The position numbers were made by a program, and so were the translations under genes. From a virus (lineage: Duplodnaviria; Heunggongvirae; Uroviricota; Caudoviricetes), in IMG/VR virus record IMGVR_UViG_3300025853_000035, positions 1 through 64,000 of that record: a DNA stretch of 64,000 nucleotides; one strand, written 5' to 3'. The notes below the pieces were generated by a model that was not told where the DNA came from, did no database searches, and saw only the letters and a program-made list of their open reading frames with translations. The first letter of the stretch is position 1; the number at the start of each line of letters is the position of its first letter. Of this stretch, positions 56,701 to 63,453 are shown piece by piece.

Positions 56701-56913
56701 CTCGACCACGTCGGGATTACCCGCGACGAAGATGCCGACAGCATCGCCGGTGTCAGTGACCAGATCGATCCACGGGTCGTTGGCATTTGACGCCCACGCG
56801 CCGACTTGCAGGAGATCATCGCTCGTGAACTCGTTCCCATCAGCATCGGAAACGGTGATCGCGCCGGTCGTGCGATCGAACAGATCGCAGATGAATTTGG
56901 TGTATAGAGCCAT
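53755..56913 (-). CDS. DNA primase/helicase (P4/D5-family NTPase C-terminal domain)
   Basis: 1052 aa. Walker A VITGGKGTGKSTL and Walker B FFVLRCSD in the C-terminal half, consistent with a phage/plasmid primase P4-type C-terminal domain. Central poly-acidic linker (EEDEEEEEEP). Confidence 0.65.
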   Translation of the reverse strand: MALYTKFICDLFDRTTGAITVSDADGNEFTSDDLLQVGAWASNANDPWIDLVTDTGDAVGIFVAGNPDVVEPQPSFDVSGGMIYMLDGDPVSGQKSGLHLCPLSVFLDSKGKVNLDGLNWYLPQDLDIQTPGTMTNITLMTGRRRDEAQGKWKEVSSTFGQFETMLQDHKEGQKDGPCFLQGQSANGARKAVAMIANHILGVDLDSGAPLDDVMRTIQQHGLEAVIYTTHSHLKNTSVIKRDHFMKWAEASEVEEEAVRDYLIKKKGVLPAIVEELTILDDAHHSEDGVVILVQHKPMPKFRAVFPLKEAFVFAKRGGSQKDAIDEWKERYAGFCTALDLFFDEKCVDPARLFYLPRHASKDKAFGSWVVCGEPLDLDKFDRVKMRRGRDNKRSAVASNAFTAAGGADDGDEDDANRYITSGGFNLKGWSIKHAKRFDVQAMLEDVIGGDFIREGRGNKAGVHVECPFEAEHSSFGGGGTFVVNASDNLEDGYEGGFTFNCTHNACSGRDRLDYLKELIEQELITPADLTNKDYLFELEEDEEEEEEPVKPKKPTPRADAPTTDEAEEPEFEDDDLDFGDSEETMLRAFNRRYAVIRTSGGVKILVEPRSADDDVIFETQGDVKLFEKNRVIWIAEGKQSKKLAGFDLWLEWDKRRTYRQVVFAPGRRVAKDIYNLFRGWPYEPVPTTWENILDNKDEPVAGDWSMLRGHIYENICESNDEYFEWLMTWLAMLFQKPEAKPGSTLVITGGKGTGKSTLFDFINKLLGFHGITVSQRKQIVGQFNGHLETALLMVCEEAFWAADPQAEGVLKDMITNKSVLIEKKGYDPIQSENYTRLALISNNDWVVPASLKDERRFFVLRCSDARQGDLEFFGLMREQMDKKGGLQAMLHDLLHWKPVKGTFASLFTPPKTDHLQKQQIETLSGVQKFMLELVKSGLYETSDENRFPSIELNDDRETMVYAKDLRAAVSDYVRFLFSSDKAKTSFDDISTVVGDWFGAREVKMKLDGQTNQSRVFIFPPLSQVRANLKESKGLDIEIMSEEDVKAMKVRGL

Positions 56914-56920
56914 GAGGACC

Positions 56921-57367
56921 TTATTTGGTGAGGTTGAGATCGTAGGTGGTCACCGGGCCACCTGTGTTCTTGTCGTGCAGCGAGGCTGCTTCGACGGCCT
57001 CTTCGGCGGTAGCCCCTGCGGCCAGCGCACCGAGGGCCAGCATCGTCCCGGAGCCGATTGCGGTGTAATCGGCATAGATCGGGACGAGGTGTCCATCATC
57101 GAATTCATAGGCGCGGCCGGAAACACGATCGACGAGCAGCGCGGAGAATTCGGAGGTGTTGTTGAGAAGGTCGGCCGGAACTTCGTCGCTATGACAACCG
57201 TCCTTGACCCACTTTTCGAGAATGCGCCGGTAACAGACAGCACCAGCCAGCGCGACGAGGTAATTGCCGCATTCGGCGATCTTGTCCCGGTGGCCATTTG
57301 TGTAGGTGTTATAGGCGATTAGGGTATCGGCAGCGAGGACGCCGTCGCGATAGCAGATGGTAGTGAT
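56921..57367 (-). CDS. HslV/proteasome-like Ntn-hydrolase protease (Thr1 directly after an unusual ATC initiator)
   Basis: TTICYRDGVLAADTL...AIGSGTMLALGALAAG aligns with HslV (TTIVSVRRNG...AIGSGGPYAQAAARAL). The listed 189-aa ORF contains a family promoter (TTGACA-N17-TATCTC) and SD GGAGACGGACC inside its N-terminal extension. The codon right after the SD is ATC, followed by ThrThr. Confidence 0.55.
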   Translation of the reverse strand: MTTICYRDGVLAADTLIAYNTYTNGHRDKIAECGNYLVALAGAVCYRRILEKWVKDGCHSDEVPADLLNNTSEFSALLVDRVSGRAYEFDDGHLVPIYADYTAIGSGTMLALGALAAGATAEEAVEAASLHDKNTGGPVTTYDLNLTK

Positions 57368-57394
57368 GGTCCGTCTCCGCCGGGTGAATGGGTG

Positions 57395-57430
57395 CGGAGA
57401 GATAATCGAAACTGTCGTTGGTGTCAAGTT
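57395..57430 (-). promoter_or_regulatory. promoter-family copy driving the HslV-like gene
   Basis: Reverse complement: AACTTGACACCAACGACAGTTTCGATTATCTC ... GGCGGAGACGGACCATC. Confidence 0.5.
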
Positions 57431-57491
57431 AGAATTGCGGTGAGTAATAACTCGGACGCCAACGGACGATGGCGGAAAGGGTGAGGACAAA

Positions 57492-57530
57492 GAAAAGGCC
57501 CGGCTCTCTTGCGAGGACCGGGCCTACCAC
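57492..57530 (-). terminator. rho-independent terminator for a minus-strand transcript
   Basis: Minus strand reads GGCCCGGTCCTCGCAAGAGAGCCGGGCCTTTTCTTTG. Confidence 0.6.
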
Positions 57531-57699
57531 CGGATTTCACCGTGTTTGGAGACAGACAATCTCCGGCGGATAACTCCTGATAGGGGGTTGCACCCTACCG
57601 GTCAAGGCACCTTTCGCTGCTGCCCGAACGAGGATAGCGGTCTATCGACTTCCGCCCTCGCCAGCACGTCTACCACTTACCCGAGGTTTATCACCGTCA

Positions 57700-58183
57700 T
57701 GCCGGCTTCTAGCCTCGGACGAGGGAGTCGAACCCTCATTTGCCCAGCTTGCCCTACCTTGGGCCTTCTCTTCCTTCATCCGTCGCGAACGGTAGGTTCG
57801 GACAGCAGCGAAAAGTGTCTTGCTCCCAGATAGGATGATTCTTCCTATCTGTCAAACACAGTTCAGAAGGAGGCCCAACACAGTCGCGCGGGGGAGTGCG
57901 ACTAGCGGTCAGGGGTGGGGTCGTGCTGGACCCCCATCTGAACTGTGTGGCCCGTTCTGTTGCTCGGTGGGCCAGCCCGCACCTTAGGAGTTGATCCCCA
58001 AGGAATTCACCGGACACAGTTTAGGCCGAAGCCCTCACATTCGTCCGGCTGAGATCACGCCGCGAGGCGCATCTCGACAACTTCGTTGTCGTTGACAGTT
58101 ACGTCGGTGATCCGCATGACGGGCGGTGTCTAAACGGGTCGCGTCCTTCTCTCAGCCTTGCCGCTCGATCCTAATTCACCCCC
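57700..58183 (-). ncRNA. ssrA: tmRNA-like (ssrA-like) gene: tRNA-like 5' end, tag reading frame, downstream T-arm-like element (3' end unresolved)
   Basis: Minus strand from 58183 reads GGGGGUGAAUUAGGAUCGAGCGG, which fits the tmRNA 5' consensus GGGGnUGAuUcuGGAUuCGAcGGG. About 95 nt downstream is an in-frame tag (V)NDNEVVEMRLAA followed by a TGA stop (plus-strand coordinates about 58046-58085), ending in the degron-like LAA. A GAGGGTTCGACTCCCTC T-arm motif sits at 57721-57737. No clean 3' acceptor plus CCA was found. Confidence 0.45.
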
Positions 58184-58997
58184 ATCAACTGCACTGACAA
58201 CCAACACCTCCATCCGCTAAGACTTTGGCGCTAGGGTCGCTAAACCCTAACCGGCGTTCCGACTGTCAGCATTACGCTTGGGCGCGCTGTCAGTGCAGAT
58301 GGTGGAGGTGGCGGGCTCTGCCCCCGCGTCACGGCTCAACCTCGATCGTCCGAATAACGACCATATTCTTTGTGGCCCAGCGCCCCGCGCTGAGAAGCGC
58401 GGTCGATAACGGCACGATGGGCCAACCTCGTTGCGATCAGATCGGTGAGGGATTCGAACCCTCGGCTGGACGGTGCGCCATAATTCTGACTACGGAGCCG
58501 TTGCCTCCGAATTCCATCCAGTCTTGCATCGATCACCCTTAAACCACTCGGGCAACCGACCTGATCAAACCTCCCCTGCACACTCGGAATAGCGGGCAGA
58601 CATTGCGGCGCTGAAAGCGCGGGAGGAAATTCTTGCCATCACTGGCAATGTGAAACCTCAAAGCTCAGCAGGCTCACTACTTCCTGCCTATAGCCGCGTC
58701 AGTGTAACGCCACACCTCTCCACGAGGAGCAAAAGGTCTCGCATTGCGAGTGATACCCGGCGGAGTAACAACAAGGAGACAAATCCGCTCCGCCGGGCAT
58801 CCGATCTGGAACTTCCCCGCATGGGCTGCTCCGTCTCGATGAACACATCTCTAAGCGATTCGTTACAGAACGTCAAGCGAAAATGTCGCTGCATTCTTTT
58901 GGCGCATCACTTTTTAGAGAGAGGTGACAAAAATCTGATTTCCTGCCAAAGAGCGGGGCGCGGCCGAGGAGGTCGAGCAATCAAAGTTAGGTGCTAA

Positions 58998-59855
58998 ATG
59001 GCTCAAGCCACCAAGAAAATCGCAGAGAAGACAGCTTGGCTGAGAGAGGCCATAGAGCGTGGCAAGAAGGAATGTTTCAGCATCGTCGCTGACATCACGC
59101 CCGAGGCGGCGGCACTCCTTCTGGACAACAACCCCGACAACCGCAGCATCAACGCGACGATCGTGCGCCAGCTAGTGGCCGACATGAAGAACAAGCGGTG
59201 GCAGTTCAATGGTGAGTCGATCATCGTCGCAGACACCGGCGAACTCAACGACGGGCAGCACCGTCTCTCGGCCGCCGTCGAGGCGGGTTTCACCTTCAAG
59301 AGCGTCCTCGTCTTCGGCGTCCCGCGCGTCAGCCGCATCACGCTCGACATGGGCCGCATCCGCAGCGTCGGGGACTATCTGCAAATCTCCTCGATCAAGA
59401 ACTCCATGACGGTGGCGGCCATCACGCGGCTGGTCATGTCTTGGGAGCGCGCCAACGGGCGCAACTTCGAAGCCGGCAAATGGCTGACGATCCCAGAGCA
59501 GATCACGCGCGCTATGACCGATGAGGCGATCCATCACGCGGCAAATTGGGCGGTCAGCCGTAACCCATACGCCCATAGACTCGCCCCCGGCTCGGCCTTT
59601 GGCTTCTGCTATGTCGTCCTGTCGCGAATCAACCCCAGCGACGCGGAGACCTATTTGGAGCAGGTCGTGATGGGAGAGGGCCTGCACCGCAAGGACGCGG
59701 CGTTCGCTGTGCGTGATGCTCTGGTGGTAAGCGAGACCCGGATCAGGGTAGAGCGGATCGCGATGATCCTGCGGGGCTGGTCACACTTCCGTAACCAGAC
59801 TGAGCCTAGCAAGCAGGCTATCAACGGACGCTTCCCGCTTCCTGAACTCAACTAG
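58998..59855 (+). CDS. ParB/Srx-like nuclease-domain protein
   Basis: IIVADTGELNDGQHRLSAAVEAG matches the ParB N-terminal box (GxxRxxA). Confidence 0.6.
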   Translation: MAQATKKIAEKTAWLREAIERGKKECFSIVADITPEAAALLLDNNPDNRSINATIVRQLVADMKNKRWQFNGESIIVADTGELNDGQHRLSAAVEAGFTFKSVLVFGVPRVSRITLDMGRIRSVGDYLQISSIKNSMTVAAITRLVMSWERANGRNFEAGKWLTIPEQITRAMTDEAIHHAANWAVSRNPYAHRLAPGSAFGFCYVVLSRINPSDAETYLEQVVMGEGLHRKDAAFAVRDALVVSETRIRVERIAMILRGWSHFRNQTEPSKQAINGRFPLPELN

Positions 59856-59866
59856 GAGGAGACCCT

Positions 59867-60274
59867 ATGGCCAGCCAAACGATGATGAACGGGTTGAAGG
59901 GCATCGCAGCCTTCGTGGCGATTGCCGGCGGTGGTGTGATGCTCTTGAAGCTCCAATATGATTCCTCACCGGCTGGGCAGGCGGTCGCGGCGAAGCTGGA
60001 GCAGCAGGAAAACGATCGGCCCCTCATCAACGTCGCGGAGACGTTGGTGAAGGGCCGATTGCGTGATCCAGATAGCGCGACATTCACAGGCACGAAGGTC
60101 GTCCGCAGCAGCGGGAAGGAAGCCGTCTGTGGTTTCGTGAACGCTCGCAACGGCGCGGGCGGTATGGCCGGCGACAGATGGTTCATCGTCGCGGACAGCG
60201 AAGCCTATTTCATGGACGACGGCGCTGACGCCGCTCAGGTGATCGAAGCGACCTGCGGAACTACTTCGACTTGA
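59867..60274 (+). CDS. membrane-anchored protein (135 aa)
   Basis: N-terminal TM/signal segment GLKGIAAFVAIAGGGVMLL. Confidence 0.4.
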   Translation: MASQTMMNGLKGIAAFVAIAGGGVMLLKLQYDSSPAGQAVAAKLEQQENDRPLINVAETLVKGRLRDPDSATFTGTKVVRSSGKEAVCGFVNARNGAGGMAGDRWFIVADSEAYFMDDGADAAQVIEATCGTTST

Positions 60275-60545
60275 TCTTCACGACCACCGTCTGATCGAGC
60301 AGACGCCCACCTTCGGTGGTGACGCGGAAGAGGATCGGACATGATTCTCCTTCGCTACCACCTGACAGCCAGACGGTCAGGCGGTTGTCTGTGAAGCCAT
60401 AGCTGTCGATGTGGACGGTGCCCTCGACCACGGACACCTCCATGATGGACGCGATGCGATCGCCGGGTTCCATGCGGCTGGAGTAATCCACCACATAGTC
60501 AAGAACCTCGTCCGGGTCCTTCGGGGTCTTCCACTTCATGCTCAT
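60261..60545 (-). CDS. hypothetical protein (94 aa), downstream of the tail fibre
   Basis: ORF only; possible tail-fibre assembly or accessory role judged from position alone. Confidence 0.4.
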   Translation of the reverse strand: MSMKWKTPKDPDEVLDYVVDYSSRMEPGDRIASIMEVSVVEGTVHIDSYGFTDNRLTVWLSGGSEGESCPILFRVTTEGGRLLDQTVVVKIKSK

Positions 60546-62167
60546 AGATATGCAATCCGGTCTTCGGCTGGGAGGAGGACTTCTCGGTCCTCGGATGGGA
60601 GAAGGACCTCACGCTCTTCGGCAGTGAGGGTAACGAGACGATCTTCGGCAGGGAGAGCCGCCACCCGATCGGCCGGCGTCGCGATGTTGCTGCTGAACGA
60701 TAGCGACACCATCCGACCAGTCATCACGCCCTCGGAGGCGATCTGGCTGGAGTAAACCGTGGCCCCGGCCCACCCCGACATGATAGACGCGCCTTGCGAC
60801 CCCATGAGGCCAACATTGATGGCGACGCCCGTCATCCGGCCGGTGCCGATCGCGCCGATCTGAGCGAAACGGCTTACCGCAAACTCCAACTCCTTGAATG
60901 CGCCGATTGACGACCCGCTACCTGAGAAGGTGGCCGGGACGGTGACATCCGTAGGAGTGAATGACCCGGTCGATGAACCCTCGGCCGCCATGCGGACAGA
61001 GACGTAACCGGTGAAGGATGCGGTGCTGGTTCCCTCGGCAAGGAAGCTACCTGCAATTGTGCGATGACCGACGAACCTGAACGAGTCGCCGTCGAATTTC
61101 GGCGACGACTCCATTTTGGCGCTGACGATCCGCTGAGCGGTAAGTGCCCCACTGGCTGAGCCGGCGGCCGAGAACTCTGCCTCGCCCGGACCGAACGCCC
61201 GTGCAAGCATCGCATCACCAGCCACGCCCGACGAGGACAAATCGCCCGACACATTAGCGCGCCCCACGAAGGCGGCTACCGAGGTGCCTGCGCTCGCCAG
61301 ATCACCGACCGAGGCGGAGAAACCGATGCTCTGAAAGTCAGGCTCAGGTGCCTGCGCCAGCGAATACATCTGGGCAGTGATGAGAGCGATCGCGTCGAAG
61401 CGAGCGTTTGACTCGCCGGCCGCGTTACGCATCTCACCGACACGGTAGGTCGCCGATTGCATGTAGGCCGTAGGCGTGGTGCCTGCCGCCGCCATGGTCC
61501 CCGACTTGGTCCAACCACCCACGAACTCAGCGGTGGAGGTGTTGGTGCTTTCCGGCGTGCCTGACACGATCGCGCCATCAACGGTGTAGGCGCTGAAATT
61601 GATGGTGCGTCCATCACCACGAATGAAGAGGCCGACCTTACCGGGCGCGGTCAAGGGGTCCGTGGCGTCCTCATACTCCCAGAGCATCGCTCCCGCTTTG
61701 AACAGCGTGAACTTGTTGCCACTGACCTGCAACTCGAAGTCGTGGAACGTGCTGGTGGGAGCCAACGGTTGCAGCCCCAACGTCTGGTTCAGAAGCGTGC
61801 GGGAGCCGTTGACCGTCTTATAGAGAGCCACATAGGACGTGGCGATCGTGATAAAATACCCGGACGTTCCGTTGATACGGAACGCCACGCCGGGAAAACC
61901 GGTCGAACCGAAGTTGCCGGTCGTGAAGGCGATATTATAGTCGGCTTCCGGTGCGTCATCGGATAGATACGCGATAACGCCCGGCGACGTGGTCGATGTG
62001 GTGCGTGCGCCTTGGTTGGCGATGACCGACATAGTGCCGGACGTGCCACCCAAGCTGGAACTGGTGCCAGACACAGAAACCCACGACCCGCCCAATGGCG
62101 CGACGCGGCCATTGAGCGCAACCGTGGTGGTTTCAGTTAGTGCGTCTTGGGCAAAGATTGTTGCCAC
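60542..62167 (-). CDS. tail fibre / receptor-binding-like protein
   Basis: 541 aa, Gly/Ser/Thr/Ala-rich beta-rich composition. C-terminal tandem LPxEDREVLL repeats. Confidence 0.5.
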   Translation of the reverse strand: MATIFAQDALTETTTVALNGRVAPLGGSWVSVSGTSSSLGGTSGTMSVIANQGARTTSTTSPGVIAYLSDDAPEADYNIAFTTGNFGSTGFPGVAFRINGTSGYFITIATSYVALYKTVNGSRTLLNQTLGLQPLAPTSTFHDFELQVSGNKFTLFKAGAMLWEYEDATDPLTAPGKVGLFIRGDGRTINFSAYTVDGAIVSGTPESTNTSTAEFVGGWTKSGTMAAAGTTPTAYMQSATYRVGEMRNAAGESNARFDAIALITAQMYSLAQAPEPDFQSIGFSASVGDLASAGTSVAAFVGRANVSGDLSSSGVAGDAMLARAFGPGEAEFSAAGSASGALTAQRIVSAKMESSPKFDGDSFRFVGHRTIAGSFLAEGTSTASFTGYVSVRMAAEGSSTGSFTPTDVTVPATFSGSGSSIGAFKELEFAVSRFAQIGAIGTGRMTGVAINVGLMGSQGASIMSGWAGATVYSSQIASEGVMTGRMVSLSFSSNIATPADRVAALPAEDRLVTLTAEEREVLLPSEDREVLLPAEDRIAYL

Positions 62168-62193
62168 GGATTACCTCCCGTTAGAGAGGCGCA

Positions 62194-62622
62194 TCAGTCC
62201 TCGGTGATGGTGCCCGTGGTGGACAGGCGCGGCGTGATGCCGTTACCGCAGACGATGTTCGGGGTGATGGTGCCCGAGTAGAGGAGGATGCCCGCGCCGT
62301 TCTGGGACAGGCCGATACCGAAGTGCGAGGCCGTGCCCGTGCCGCCGCTGCCGGTGGGGAAGTCGATGTTCTGAGCCGGGGAGACGGCATTGCCAGTCAC
62401 CTGCCAGCCGGCCGCAGTGCGGGCGACGGCGACGCGGGCATAGTTGGTGTAGGCGATCTCGTTGGTCGCCTGCGTGCCTGCTTCACCCGGATCGCTGGTG
62501 TGCAGCGAAACATAGAGGGTGGTCAGGGGAGCGACTTCTGCGTCGTCCGCGAGGTTGGCGATACCGGTGCCGTTGAAGAGGAGCGCCAGAATGGCGTTCT
62601 CAAGAAAATTGCTCTTGGACAT
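62194..62622 (-). CDS. tail fibre-associated protein (142 aa)
   Basis: Gly/Thr-rich. Directly upstream of the tail-fibre gene on the same strand. Confidence 0.4.
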   Translation of the reverse strand: MSKSNFLENAILALLFNGTGIANLADDAEVAPLTTLYVSLHTSDPGEAGTQATNEIAYTNYARVAVARTAAGWQVTGNAVSPAQNIDFPTGSGGTGTASHFGIGLSQNGAGILLYSGTITPNIVCGNGITPRLSTTGTITED

Positions 62623-62757
62623 GGGTTCTCAAATCTGGCTGGGGAGGGGCGGCACCTAAGCGGATGCCATCTTGTTAACCATAGCAGGTTATGCCCCAAA
62701 TGTCAATTCATAATGACCGTCAGTAAGACGTGACACTGGTTTTCGCTGGGGATGATC

Positions 62758-62833
62758 TGGCACGGGTGGTGGGACTCGAACCCACGTTGCACGGTTTTGG
62801 AGACCGGCCGAATAGCCGCTATCTTACACCCAT
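62758..62833 (-). tRNA. tRNA-Trp (CCA)
   Basis: Manual cloverleaf: acceptor ATGGGTG/CACCCGT, T-arm GTGGGTTCGAGTCCCAC, anticodon loop CTCCAAA, encoded CCA. Confidence 0.6.
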
Positions 62834-62842
62834 GTGAAACGC

Positions 62843-62926
62843 TGGAGCCGCCCACAGGGATCGAACCTGCGTCCTTTCGGAACCTCCGGGTTGCAACCGG
62901 GTGCCTTACCTCTCGGCCAAGGCGGC
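62843..62926 (-). tRNA. class II (Ser-like body) tRNA with apparent GCA anticodon
   Basis: Acceptor GCCGCCT/GGGCGGC, Ser-like D-arm GGCCGAGAGGTAAGGC, 14-nt variable arm, T-arm GCAGGTTCGATCCCTGT, CCA. The anticodon region CCGGTTGCAACCGG is palindromic; the most plausible loop TTGCAAC gives GCA. Confidence 0.5.
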
Positions 62927-62933
62927 TCATATC

Positions 62934-63020
62934 TGGAGGAGAGTGAGGGGATCGAACCCTCCCAGCCTTTCGGCTACCTTCGCTTAGCAAGCGAGTGCGT
63001 TACCACTCCGCCAACTCTCC
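62934..63020 (-). tRNA. tRNA-Ser (GCT)
   Basis: Acceptor GGAGAGT/ACTCTCC, D-arm GGCGGAGTGGTAACGC, loop TTGCTAA, long variable arm, T-arm GGGTTCGATCCCC, CCA. Confidence 0.65.
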
Positions 63021-63027
63021 ATTAAAC

Positions 63028-63100
63028 TGGATGCCCGGCCACGGATCGAACGTGGGTTTCATGCTTCAAAGGCACGGGTCTTACCATTAGACGAACGGGC
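63028..63100 (-). tRNA. tRNA-Gln (TTG)
   Basis: Anticodon stem CGTGC/GCATG, loop CTTTGAA, T-arm CCACGTTCGATCCGTGG, CCA. Confidence 0.55.
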
Positions 63101-63102
63101 AT

Positions 63103-63180
63103 TGGTTCTCCGCCGAGGACTCGAACCTCTATCTTTCCGCATTCAGAGTGCGGCGGCCGGACCTGCCAGCTAAGCGGAGA
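63103..63180 (-). tRNA. tRNA-Gln (CTG)
   Basis: Acceptor TCTCCGC/GCGGAGA, anticodon stem CCGCA/TGCGG, loop CTCTGAA, T-loop GGTTCGAGTCC, CCA. Confidence 0.55.
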
Positions 63181-63198
63181 ACAGGATCAGGACTTAGG

Positions 63199-63272
63199 GG
63201 TGACCTGTGGGTTTCGAACCCACCATCTCCGGCACCACAAGCCGGCGCATCAACCTACTCTGCCTAGGCCAC
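63199..63272 (-). tRNA. tRNA-His (GTG), no encoded G-1
   Basis: Acceptor GTGGCCT/AGGTCAC, anticodon stem CCGGC/GCCGG, loop TTGTGGT, T-arm GTGGGTTCGAAACCCAC. Position -1 is U and no CCA is encoded. Confidence 0.6.
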
Positions 63273-63369
63273 ACCTAAATCCTGAACTGCATCCCATCGT
63301 CCTCATGTGACCAGATATGACCGATAGGGCGGTCATATTGCCCATATATGGACGATAGAACGGTCAAAC

Positions 63370-63446
63370 TGGAGCCGACGGTGGGATTTCAACCCACGAT
63401 CTGCCGTTTACGAGACGGCTGCTTTGAGGCTCTAAGCTACGTCGGC
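63370..63446 (-). tRNA. tRNA-Thr (CGT)
   Basis: Acceptor GCCGACG/CGTCGGC, anticodon stem GCCGT/ACGGC, loop CTCGTAA, T-arm GTGGGTTGAAATCCCAC, CCA. Confidence 0.65.
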
Positions 63447-63453
63447 ATAACTC

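Noticed and set aside
54172-56790. 872-aa plus-strand ORF
   Set aside because: Entirely antisense to the 1052-aa primase-helicase gene, which carries clear Walker A/B motifs. Typical GC-rich shadow ORF.
58380-58560. Second T-arm-like motif (GAGGGTTCGAATCCCTC) as a tRNA gene or the acceptor piece of a two-piece tmRNA
   Set aside because: Attempts to build a cloverleaf gave a mismatched acceptor stem and an anticodon loop lacking U33. The following sequence is not complementary to the GGGGGUG 5' strand and it is about 260 nt from it. It was left as an unresolved tRNA-like remnant.
57546-58997. Plus-strand ORFs 57546..57833, 58225..58542 and 58650..58997
   Set aside because: No SD or promoter copies and poor coding-like composition. 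They overlap the structured RNA region with the tmRNA-like 5' end and tag frame on the opposite strand.
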